Shown one piece after another: positions 25,001 to 35,260 of a stretch of DNA of 63,631 bases. This DNA is from Amoebophrya sp. A120 (lineage: Eukaryota; Protista; Dinoflagellata), in contig CAJINV010000014.1 of assembly GCA_905178155.1 (NCBI GenBank), positions 310,001-373,631 on the forward strand, written 5' to 3'. Position 1 is the first letter of the stretch. The number at the start of each line of letters is the position of its first letter. The notes beneath the pieces were generated by a model that was not told where the DNA came from, did no database searches, and saw nothing but the letters and a program-made list of their open reading frames with translations. Both the position numbers and the translations under genes were made by a program.

Positions 25001-28000
25001 AAGTCCGCCGCCAACTCCGGCACAATTTTGGGCACTTGCGTCCGCAGCTTCGTCGTCTGTCGGGTGCGTGGCTGTCTCGACGCACCAGCTTTTGTTCCCA
25101 GTAATATACCACCGTCCGCCTTCGAGGACATTGTGTTTACTTTTGCTCCATTTATTTGTAGCTCATCCGCTACGTTGGCCACGTGGTCACCATCTTCATC
25201 TTCTCCCGCAGCCAACAGCTGTGTCGGCTGTGCCGGCTTCATCGTGCCTTTCGACTGATGAATATCGGCCGATGCTGCTCCAGGAGCACCACCTTTTTTG
25301 TTGCCAACAACTACACTTCCAGCAGCTCTGCTAGCCATATCTGCAAGCTGGTCCCTCTTCATCGTGGTCGCATTGGTTGTATACAACGGAAGATTTCTTG
25401 ATGTTCTCGCACTTGTCGCTGAGGCAGCTGCGGGGTCATCTGCCTGAAGAAAATCTTCCCCGAAGTCAATGTCATTCAGCACCAGAGGAACATCGCCATC
25501 ATCATCATCATCATCATTTTCAAGATCCGTTTTCGCTTTTTTATCAAAGAGGTGGATGCCTGTTTTTTCCTCGCGGCCACTACTCGTGCTCCCGTCTTTC
25601 GGCTTTCCGCCCTTCCCCTGCGCTCGCTTGATGTTCTTCGCGGCCGGTGGTCGTGCAGCTGATGGTTGTGAAAAGGAATTCGATTTTTTATTCATAGAAG
25701 TACCACCAACACGAGAGGATGACGAATCCGATGCCGCTGGTGCTCCCAAACTCGTGTCTACTCCGAGGTGGTCGTAAACAGGTCTGCTTTGAAGATGTTC
25801 ATCCTGCCGTTCATCATCATCGTCTTCCCGAACTACAGTGTGCGTTCTTGGCTCTCCTCCTGCTTTCGCACTTGTAGCTTTCATCTTCCCAGCTCCTGCT
25901 GGTACCCCCTTGGGCGGCTTGGCCACCACCTGGGCACGCATTTCCGCGCCGTATTTCTTCTCCAGCTGGTCTTTCAGGTTATTGTAGCACTCGCTCAGCA
26001 GCGCTTTGCAGTGCGGGAACTGCTCTTCCACCTGTTTCAGGGAGTTCATCTTGATTTGAATCTCCTGCCGTGTGACTCGCGAAGATCTACTCCCTTGGTA
26101 CTTGGTCCCCCCGGCGGAGTGAAAAGTTTTTCCGGTTGCGCCAGAGAGGTAGGAGGCCGTGTCGTTATCGCTGCTGGAATGATCGTCCTGATTCACCTCC
26201 CGGTGCTCGCTGTGGTTTTCGTTTTTGTCCTCGAGAATATTACCGTTATCGAGGTTGAGTTTCAACAGGTTTCGGCTGCTGATACTCAGACCCCGGCTCC
26301 GACGGGGGTGCGAAGAGGAAGCGGAGTCTTTCCGTTCTTCCCGAGCGGCCGTTGTCGTTTCGACCCTGTTCATCATCTCGCTTATTTCCACCTTTTCGTG
26401 CTCCTGCTCCTGCAACTTCTTATCCTGCTGCGCGGCTTGCCACAGAGGGTTGGGCAGCAATCGTAAATACCGGGCTTGCGTCTGCACATAGGCTTTGTCC
26501 TTCGTCAGATTCATCTCCGCTTTAACGAGAAACTTCTCCCCGGAGTCAAAGACAACGATCTCCTGGAGCTTTTTCGCGTCTTGCTTCTTTTTCGATACGT
26601 TTTTCGTTTTCACCTTCAAGTTATGATTGTCCTCGATGTCGACATCCAGGTTGACGTCGTCCATAGTGGCGTTTTTATCTTGATTAATACTAGTTGTAGT
26701 ACCAGCCGCTGCGGTACTAAAGGGAAAAGTCCGGGAACGGGAAAATCTGCAAAAAAATTGTCACTGGCCCCGGCGCACTCCCCGACTCAGGTGCCCGCTT
26801 TCAGGTTGAGGAGAAGGCGCTGCAGGAGATCGGAAGCGCAGCGCCGCGAAAGAGCTGTCCGTCAGTCCAGGTACGGGAGCATCTGGGCGATTCGGCGAGC
26901 TTGTTGCCCCGGATAGGATATCTTCGCTCAAAAGCTAAAAAACACCTTCAGGCGCTTGCCGACTTACCTCTTTCCCGAGAAAGAAGGCGGGCCCACGAGG
27001 CCCGCAAGCCGAAAAAGGGTTACGCCACCAGGCCGACAGGCCAACTTTGAGGCGCGAACGGCTGGCCTGCGGGCATTTGTGGAGGCGCAAAGCGCCTCCC
27101 TAGCATCGGTCCTTGCCATCTCAAATTGGGGGATGGGGCAAAATTTTCGAACTCCGGGAATACCAGGAGTGGTCCCCTCCTGAGGCCCCTCTCCGGGAGG
27201 TGTCTTCGGAGGTGTCCAAAATGGTATTCCCGGAGTTCGAAATTTTTGCCCCCCCGGGCTATCTCCCTCGATTGGGGCGAAATTTTCGAACTCCGGGAAT
27301 ACCGATTTGGACACCCCTTGGGGACCCCCCCACATGTCGTATTCCCGGAGTTCGAAAATTTTGCCCCGAGCTGGCAGAAAAAGTGAACAAAAATCATTAG
27401 AAAGTGCCATAGTACGTGTGTCAGAAGCTGCCTCAGTGTTCTTGTTTGTGCACTCCTTCAAGAGCTGGGTGTAGTGTTTGAGCTTGGTCGGGTCCTTTTT
27501 GGCCTGTGTCTTTAGCCTCTTCCTGGCTTCTTCTAGCCCGTGTATTTTTCTGCCCGTTAACATCGCCCCCCGCGCCAACTCCAGGAGCTAACACTATTTC
27601 CTAACACTGCCGGGCACCCGGCATGCCCGGATGCTCCGCCCGTACCTGGACTGACGGACATCTCTTTTGCGGTGCAGGGTTTCTCGACCTCCCGCCGCAC
27701 CTTCTCCCAAACCTGAAAGTGGGCACCTGAGTCGGGGAGCGCGCCGGGGCCAGTGGCAATTTTTTTGCCGATTTTCCCGTTCCCGGACTTTTCCCTTTAG
27801 TATGCGGCGGCCGATTTGGTGGATTTTATTTTCGGTGCTGTAGCTAAACTGGTGCTCTTCGTGCTTCTACTACGACCGCCTGCTGCGAAAGGAGCTGCAT
27901 TTTGCGCCTCACTACCAGCGCTCTTCGCGTTCGGCCTCGCGCCGCCCTTGGAGGATGTCTGGGCTGCAGCGGCGCCCCCCACGACCTTGCCACCTGACTG

Positions 28001-28654
28001 CTGAATGTCATTTTTACTGATGGCAGCAGAGCTGCTGGAGGACGCATTCAAATTCACGCTGCTCTTCATCTTCCCGGGCAGTGTTGTAGTCCTCTGACCG
28101 GCAAAATTTAAATTCTCAGCTGGAAGGTCCGAAGCAATTCTTGTTTCATGCTCCTCGTTAGTATCAACTTTTTTTCTCTTTGGGCTGAGCTTTTCCTTCG
28201 ATGTGCGCCGCTTGTTGCTCGAGGTCGAAACAGCGCCGGCGCTTTTACTTGATGTGTTCCTACTACTTGTCGCGCCGGATATAAAAATAGCTCTTTCCTC
28301 GTCTACCAGTTGCAGTTCCTTTTCTTTTCCTTTCTTCTCATTTGACTTTAAAACTTCCTTCGGGTGGTCCTTTCTTGCTCCTGCTTCTAGTCCTGCAGGC
28401 GCGGCCCCGTCGAGGACCTGCCGTGATGCAGATGGTGTGCTGCCGCGACGGCGGGCGGATCGGGTAGCGTGAGCCTCTTTTTGGTGCTGCTGCTGTTCTT
28501 CTTTCGGTCTCGGTCCCGGCGGTGCGTCAACTTGCATGAAATCCGCGTGGTCCCGCTTCTGGTCATATTCAAGCGAAAAAGTGATAACGCTAAAACTCTG
28601 CCATTCAATCATGTGCGCACCTGAACCAGCGAACCTGGAGTTCTCGACGTCCAT
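19013..28654 (-). CDS. Very large low-complexity protein with dispersed C-terminal WD40 blades, possibly TFIIIC subunit GTF3C2/Tfc6-like
   Basis: ORFs 27797-28654, 24883-26664, 24582-24977, 22846-24345 and 19013-22846 fuse in frame by removing elements 26715-27802, 24803-24948, 22702-22971 and GT-AG intron 24382-24587. WD motif AITAVAFSPDGTSLISGDASGKIFVY; RLGLLLVLRGDGRLQIFSLP and FFNIGNVVNC resemble Tfc6/GTF3C2 segments (from memory, unverified). Confidence 0.6.
22702..22971. mobile_element. Introner family A (opposite orientation to 8483-8749)
   Basis: tatgcattgcaaatgtgtctgggtctggaag..cttccagacccagacatatttgcaatgcata; TSD cagat; restores ETHL|AAM. Confidence 0.92.
24803..24948. mobile_element. 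Introner family B
   Basis: tatgaactgcaaaagtatcg..cgatacttttgcacaggata; TSD cggcg/cggtg. Confidence 0.85.
26715..27802. mobile_element. 1088-bp TIR element (about 175-bp TIRs) acting as an intron
   Basis: First 33 nt tactaaagggaaaagtccgggaacgggaaaatc perfectly inverted at the right end, with similarity to about 26888/27625; TSD tgcgg; restores KSAAA|AAGTTT..MDD. Confidence 0.92.
27135..27367. repeat. Four ~29-bp units in alternating orientation inside the long element
   Basis: ggggcraaattttcgaactccgggaatac at about 27135 and 27274; reverse complement at about 27222 and 27339. Confidence 0.9.
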
Positions 28655-28729
28655 GACACAACAAGAGCAGTTGCTTTAGTTGAGAAGTTGAAGTATGCTT
28701 ATACCTCCAGATGTACAAAAATACAACCA

Positions 28730-31700
28730 TCAATCGGTAAAAACATATCCCTGCAGCCTAAGTTCCTTCATGCTATCACTTTTCAGTATTGGATACGGCT
28801 CCGTCCTCCGCGCCTTCGGGGATCGCAATTGTGTCACGTCGTCCTGCTCTATCACCAGGGGGCGCTGCTCGGTGGTGCCTAGACTCAGAGTTTTGACATT
28901 CTTGCGGGACATCGTGCTCCCATTATCGCCATCTATCTCCTGCTCCCGGCGCTGATGAGGTTGACCGCTGCTGCTCGACAAGGCTGCAATATCAGTGCGG
29001 TCTTTCTCATCTTCGACGTGGTCGTGGTCTCGTTCTAAATACGACGCATTCGCACGAGCACGCGCTGTACCAGCCACAGCAGGAGCTGCTACTCTGCTGC
29101 TTTCTCCTTGTACATCGACCGGATGGGGGGCTTCTGGTTCTGCCGCGCCGGAGATTTTTTGCATATGCATTTCAGATGGCTGCCCAGAAGATAGCCCCGA
29201 GCGTCGACCTGAACCTGATCTTTGCGGTCCGGCGGGAGCATTGCCAATAGCGGCAGTTTGTTGATTTTGGTCTGCGCGGTCGTTCATGATCCCTGGAATG
29301 ACTCTCGTCCCCGTGCTGGTGTGTTGGCTCTCGAGAGAGCCGCTGGGAGCGCCGGAAGCGGCACTTTGATGTCCCAAGCGAGAGCCAGGCTGCGGCTGCA
29401 CCGCTTCTTCTTGCCCCTGCTTCTGCTTGTGGGTAATAGCATAATCGCTTTCGTACTGTTGCGCCGTTCCTAGCTGCTGCTGCTGCTGCTGCTGCTGACT
29501 CGAAGATCGCTGGTGCTGCTGGTGTTGTATTAACTGCTGGCCTTGGAGGTCCTGCTCTCGACCGCGGACTTGCTGGCTGCTCTGCTGTTGCCGTTGAGCG
29601 TGGAGGACTTCCCCTGCTTGAAGGCCTGTTTGCAGATGAGTTTGGTGCAGCAGCTCGTGATGTTCCTGATTTTGGTGCTCATGGTGTTCTTGCCGCTGAG
29701 GTAAAAATTGGCTTTGGTTCTTTTGCTGCTCCTGCAGGCCGTGCTGCCGCTGGTACTGCTGATGCGGTCCACCTCCCGGTCCTTGCTGCTGCAGGTTATT
29801 TGCAATTCCAATTTGTTGCTGTTGGTCGTGTTGCTCCTGTGCTCCTGTTGAGTGATTCTGATTTTTACTACTACCATGACCGCGACTTCGAGCTCCGGTG
29901 GCCGCCCCAAAAGAAGGAGCTACAACTCCTGCCGCTGCACTCGAGGACAATACAGAAGCAGGCCCCGCCGCAGCCGAAGTGGTAGAAATATTATCATGCT
30001 GAATTATATCTACTGCACGGCCCTGGTGAGGTCTGTTACACTTTTCCTTCCACCGGTTCATTTCGATGACGGCCTTCCGGTGCTTCAGCTTCAATCCCTC
30101 GTCCTTTGGATTCGCGAAACCCATAAAAGCCTTTGGCACGACCGCCGAACTGGTGGCCGCTTTGGGAACAAAATTGCTCGAGCCCGCTGGTGTCCGTCGT
30201 CCAGGAGATGAAGATGCTTGTTGTAGTTGTGGTCCCGCATCGACGTGCTCGTGCCCTGCTCTACTCGTTCCTTTATTGGTGTGATGATACACGCTTGTCT
30301 TGGGCTGTTGCGGCATACCCATAGCCATGGGCGCGGCCGGAGCTACCGGCGCACCTGATCGGCTGTAGTTCTGCTGGTCGAGGAAGTAGTTCTGCTGGTG
30401 GTGCGCTGTAGATGCATTGTTCGAGTTTGTTCCCCCTGGTGCATAGTTCGATTTTGTCATACCAGCTACAAAACCAGCTACAAAAGGCAAGGAAGCGGCT
30501 TTCGGCACGAAATGCGGATCCTGGTTTATTTGCTGGCTGCTCATCATCTGGGAATCGGGAGAGTGGGGATTTTGGAAAGCACCAGATTCTGACTGGTTCT
30601 GGCCTTGACCGTGCTGGTAGTTCGCAGGATTGATATGAAGACTCCGCGCATCAACTTCATGTGGAGCACCAGCACTAACAGGTGCTGCTGCAGTAGGAGC
30701 TAGTACACCAACCCCAGCTTGCTTGTGCCTCTGCTGCTGCCGCTGTTGCTGCTCCTGGCTCACGTACAAAGCCTGCAGAAAGTCCTCCTCCGTCGGCGCT
30801 CGCTGCCGCAGAATCGCTTGCGTGGTGCTGCCGTACCTCGGGGGCGGCTCCGGATTGCCGTGCTCATCGACAAAATTTGTCAGCAGTTTCTTCGTCTTCG
30901 TGGTACTTCTCGACGAGGAGGTGGTAGTACCCCCAGTCTGTTTCATGCCCCCGCCTGCCCCAGTGGATGAGGTCGTCCCTGCTCCGGTATTTGGAGAAGT
31001 GCTACCACCTACAGCGCTTGGCCGCTTCGGGTGGGAACCTCCACTATGGTCGTCGACTTGCAGTAGTCCTAAACTACTTAGAGCCTTCTTGGCGGTCACG
31101 GATTTTTGCTTGTTGTGCGAGCGTTCATCCATTTTTATCTTCGCTGTCGGTGGGATCGGGATGGGCTGCGGCTGCTGCGGTTCGTGCTGCTGGTGCTGGT
31201 GCTGTTCCTGAGAATTACGAGCAGACGGGGCGAACATCGTCGGGCTTCTTTCCGTGCGAGGACCTGGTCGTGGGTCTAGTATTCCTTGTATTTTTGGGTC
31301 GTCCGGAATTATGACCACCGACCGATTGTTCTCGGCACCATTTAAAGAGGTACTGCTTTGCGGCTGGTTTATCATTTCCCGACGAGGTAGACCAACATAG
31401 CTCTGCTGCTGCTCTTGTTGCACAACATCATTCCGATTCCCCCCCTCCTGCCGCATCGTTCCTTCCTCCCTCTGCTGACTCTGGGCCAGCTGCTGGGCCG
31501 CTCGACTAATCATTTCGCTCGTCTTGGGCGGTGGCTGGTGTTCTTGTCCCCGCACTGTCGCTGCGGGGGCCTGTAGCTGTACGTTAGTAGTAGAGATCCT
31601 CGACGTGGTCGCTTGCGAATTTGCTTCTTTTGTAAGAACATTTTCTTCCTGCTGCAGCTGACCTACTCCTCCTCCTCGCTGCTCTGGAGATGGAATCAGT

Positions 31701-32458
31701 TGCTGCTGTTGAAGCTGGTGCCCTTCTTGTGGTCTCTGGACGAGGAGGGATCCACCGACAACGTTCTGCCCCGGAGTCGCGGCTTCTGCACGAGGACCCT
31801 GTTCTACTGCCTTGCTCGTGGTCGTGGTGCCCACTCCTGCAGGAACAGAAGCAGAAGTCGGAGCTGCAACACGACCACCCGGAGCTGCAGGGGCCGCGGG
31901 CGGGGTCCCTGTTTTTACTACACCACCACCTCCCACATCTACTCCACTTTTCGAGGCACCTTCCGTTCTGTCGTTGAACTCCTTGATTGCGTACAAGAGC
32001 TTGTCCATCTCGTGCGTGCCGAACTCCCGCCCGTCGTTGGTCCGGAACACGTTTTTCGACCGCGTCCGGCCCTTGCCGTCTACGTAGTTCGCTTTCCCCA
32101 GGCTCCAGGGCTTCGGGATCCGCATCGAGTACTCCTGCCCGTCCGGCCCAATGGCCAGATACTTGTGCACCCGCGTCCACCCGTCGGGCAGGGGATTGTG
32201 CTGCGCCCTCTCCGGGAGGTGTTCCTTGTTCGACGCCAAGTTGGCATCTTCTTGTTGGTCGGGGGCACTCGCTGCACCGCCCGAGGCCGTTGCACCGGCG
32301 AGGCCGTTATGATACTTCGCTGCAGTAGTTGACGTGCCACGACTTGATGTCCTCGCGGGCACTGGTTCTTCCTGCTGCGTACCAGCACCGGTCGTTGCTG
32401 CTTGCTTTGGTGCCGGAACGGCAGGTAGGGCGTTCTGATTCAGTTGCGGCTCCGACAT
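28730..32458 (-). CDS. Gln/Ser/Gly-rich 1242-aa ORF with a small N-terminal MBD-like segment; probably the 5' exon of the 19013-28654 gene
   Basis: Long open frame. NPLPDGWTRVHKY..KNVFRTNDGREFGT resembles the methyl-CpG-binding-domain pattern. A 52-nt GA-AG and a 62-nt GT-AG intron near 28560-28750 would link it in frame to the downstream ORF. Confidence 0.65.
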   Translation of the reverse strand: MSEPQLNQNALPAVPAPKQAATTGAGTQQEEPVPARTSSRGTSTTAAKYHNGLAGATASGGAASAPDQQEDANLASNKEHLPERAQHNPLPDGWTRVHKYLAIGPDGQEYSMRIPKPWSLGKANYVDGKGRTRSKNVFRTNDGREFGTHEMDKLLYAIKEFNDRTEGASKSGVDVGGGGVVKTGTPPAAPAAPGGRVAAPTSASVPAGVGTTTTSKAVEQGPRAEAATPGQNVVGGSLLVQRPQEGHQLQQQQLIPSPEQRGGGVGQLQQEENVLTKEANSQATTSRISTTNVQLQAPAATVRGQEHQPPPKTSEMISRAAQQLAQSQQREEGTMRQEGGNRNDVVQQEQQQSYVGLPRREMINQPQSSTSLNGAENNRSVVIIPDDPKIQGILDPRPGPRTERSPTMFAPSARNSQEQHQHQQHEPQQPQPIPIPPTAKIKMDERSHNKQKSVTAKKALSSLGLLQVDDHSGGSHPKRPSAVGGSTSPNTGAGTTSSTGAGGGMKQTGGTTTSSSRSTTKTKKLLTNFVDEHGNPEPPPRYGSTTQAILRQRAPTEEDFLQALYVSQEQQQRQQQRHKQAGVGVLAPTAAAPVSAGAPHEVDARSLHINPANYQHGQGQNQSESGAFQNPHSPDSQMMSSQQINQDPHFVPKAASLPFVAGFVAGMTKSNYAPGGTNSNNASTAHHQQNYFLDQQNYSRSGAPVAPAAPMAMGMPQQPKTSVYHHTNKGTSRAGHEHVDAGPQLQQASSSPGRRTPAGSSNFVPKAATSSAVVPKAFMGFANPKDEGLKLKHRKAVIEMNRWKEKCNRPHQGRAVDIIQHDNISTTSAAAGPASVLSSSAAAGVVAPSFGAATGARSRGHGSSKNQNHSTGAQEQHDQQQQIGIANNLQQQGPGGGPHQQYQRQHGLQEQQKNQSQFLPQRQEHHEHQNQEHHELLHQTHLQTGLQAGEVLHAQRQQQSSQQVRGREQDLQGQQLIQHQQHQRSSSQQQQQQQQLGTAQQYESDYAITHKQKQGQEEAVQPQPGSRLGHQSAASGAPSGSLESQHTSTGTRVIPGIMNDRADQNQQTAAIGNAPAGPQRSGSGRRSGLSSGQPSEMHMQKISGAAEPEAPHPVDVQGESSRVAAPAVAGTARARANASYLERDHDHVEDEKDRTDIAALSSSSGQPHQRREQEIDGDNGSTMSRKNVKTLSLGTTEQRPLVIEQDDVTQLRSPKARRTEPYPILKSDSMKELRLQGYVFTD

Positions 32459-35260
32459 TTTTCTACAAAGAACTCAGGTTTATTCGAAACAAACACTGCG
32501 CGGCGACAAAAGGAATGGAAACTTACGAAAAATCAAAATATCTCTACACGACGTCCTTGGATCTATAATTACTTCGTTGAGAAAAATTATGCAGTCTCGC
32601 GTCTACTACGTTCAGAAGTCGTGATCATGTGGGTTTATTCTGCCTACTTACTCTAATACAAAGCTATTCAATGAACTTACACGATGAAAGAAACTTCAAA
32701 GCACTTTTAATATTGAACCAGCTATCGTCGCACGGTCTCGAAGTCGTGTATTCGCATGCCGTAAACGCGAGCGTCGCGAAACTCGATAAAAAATCTAAAA
32801 AAGATAAAGGCTCATCTACTTTCTTATTCTTTTCTCAATAGTAAATCAGGTAGAAGATGGCTTCACCAAAGCACGCAAGGCCGCAAGTCGATTAGTATAG
32901 AGATCGACTACTTACGCCTGCGATGCGACGTTAACTTTCCACTGAAACATATAGTATTATTGGTTTCGATGCGATGATCTACTACGTCGTGGCAGTGGGG
33001 TCGTGTACGCGGCGCCGACGTTCGTTGTTCGCGTCGGATGAAAGAAGCACCGTGGTAAGTCGAAGTCCTCAGCTTCATCTGAAGGAGATTGTCGACTGCT
33101 CCGTTCCTCGCCGATTCCGAAAAGAAATGCCGCTTCCTTCTGTCAAAAATCCAGTCATCAACGGCCAACTTCGACGGCTTCTTCAGCTATCGCGACCGCG
33201 AGGCGTTCAAGGTGGCAATACAATTCTAAACTCATCAAGAATGCGCTTCTGTCGCTTTCAAATTGATTAGCAATCGTCGTGAAGTACAGAGGCATGCCTA
33301 TGCCATGCGGGCTCCAACAAATGTCGAGCGACGTAGTGTCTTAGTAGATCTAGTGACACTAGCACTACAGTATGACTCGAGTACCATCTTTAGAGACACC
33401 TTTAAAAATAAGTGACAAAAAAGAAAAACTTCGGAGTAAGAATATGAAGTTCAGGTTTTGTTTACTTCTAACTAGGCGGCGCTGCAGGCACTTCTTCTAC
33501 TTCTAAGTAGATGAAGGGGGAAAATTATGTTCTTTGGGAGGGAGTAGAAGCAGAAGGCTTCGCTTTGAGTATTTCAGACACGTTGCAGCTCAACAAGAAA
33601 AAGAATTAGCAAACAACAGTGGCTTCATGTAGAAGTTGCTGTCATTTGCAAGACGGCGGGTGCTGGTCGTGTATGAAATAGAAATAGTAGTACGCCAGAA
33701 TAGAGGACACCATTTGTTGGCTAACAAGCGTCCATCTTGACGTGATCCGAACTAAGTTCTAGCATTAGCGATCTACTTCTTATTTACTGCTGTACTGACT
33801 TCTAGCGTATGATGGCAACTTACTGGGACAACTTACAAAAAACAAAAGTGGCACAGGATTGCCCGGCAGCATATTTATTGTTTTGCGTTCTCACTTTCTC
33901 TTTCTCTACAGATGAAGTGGTCAAATCGTATCCAACACAACTTCGTCAAGCCTCCTGCTTTTTTTTACTTTTGTCATACTCATATCGCAGATTCCAAGTT
34001 TTCGTGGCTTCCTCCCTGAGTGCATCGATCTGGCAGCTCGCAAAAAAAAAACCTTATAGGTGGGGCAACAACATCAATATATCCGGAGATAGTAGTATAA
34101 CAGGATCTTCATGCCAAAGCTGTGATGTGGTGCTGCAATTAACATCAAAATCGCAAGATCGTCGGAGCAGGTGACATCATGGGAAGATCTGTCGTTGGAC
34201 CATATAATTGGCAGTAGAAATCTTTATCTGTTTTTTCGCCCGGTTGGCTGCCACGACCAGCCTTAACTACTGTGTAAGACTATAGAAAATGCTGGTGTTA
34301 GTTGTGTCACATAAATGGATCTGGGTTGCTGGATCGTGATCATCATCTTCTTTGTGCGGAGGTGCGTTTTTAAGCAGGGTTGGAGAAATAAAATAAAGCG
34401 TGATCATCAGTGCGCCTGGCTGCAGCTGGACCAGCAACTCCTTTACATCCGAGTCCTGAAAATAATCGCTGCAGTGAAGATCATCTTACGGCCCATCTTC
34501 GTGGTGGAGTAGTTGCAAGAGTATTTACTTAACATGAAAAGGATTGGATTGGTTTTGTCCATGTTCCGCCACGCAATGACTACTCAAAAAGGCATGCCGC
34601 GACGCTGTTCTTCAACGACGCAGAATAAATAAGCGAAGATACTACGATAAATCTTGCTCGCATTTTTCAAAGAGTAGAAGATCAACGACAATCTTGCGGT
34701 TTGGTGACAATCTTGTTGACCGAGGCGAACAGCAGGAGCAACCGCAATTGCGCTGGAAATAATTACACCCGCATCAATCGACCAGAGATAACGTTCAAAC
34801 GTAGATGAAGTTGCTATGATTCGATGACCAGAGGTGAAGAATGGAAGCATGTCCATGTGTACAAGTATAGCCGTGTGATACCGCACAAAAATAATTGAAT
34901 TTCACTTTATCCTTCTCACTCGTCTTTCTTTGACTAATATCGCCACACGATGACATCGCAGTTTTCATTTTGCATTTTGTTCCATTAGCTACATATAGTA
35001 CTTGTACTTCCATGAACATGGACGAGAGCAATTCTTTCGGGAAGCTGCAGTGCTATCGTGTGAAGAATTGGAACGATCTCGATCATAGCACCTGTTCAAA
35101 TGATTGACTTGCCCAAAGTAGACCAAGGCGACTCTATCCCGAAATCGAAGCCGTTTACTACGGCAGGCCAACGAAGATCAAAAAGCGCAGCAAGTTGCCA
35201 CGAGGTCAACCCCGTCGCGACCCATCACAGGAGACGCCCCCCCTTATCACCAGAGTCCTT

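Noticed and set aside
27135-27367. CRISPR-like 29-bp repeats
   Set aside because: Units alternate in orientation, spacing is irregular, no cas genes, eukaryotic context.
26964-27578. 204-aa ORF as a transposase
   Set aside because: Much of it reads through the repeat quartet and no DDE or HTH motif is recognisable; at most a remnant.
19887-32568. Many plus-strand ORFs of 60-240 aa
   Set aside because: Antisense shadows of GC-rich minus-strand exons, with no recognisable domains.
32500-35200. Possible gene in the region between large CDSs
   Set aside because: Only short ORFs with no recognisable motif; cannot be supported.
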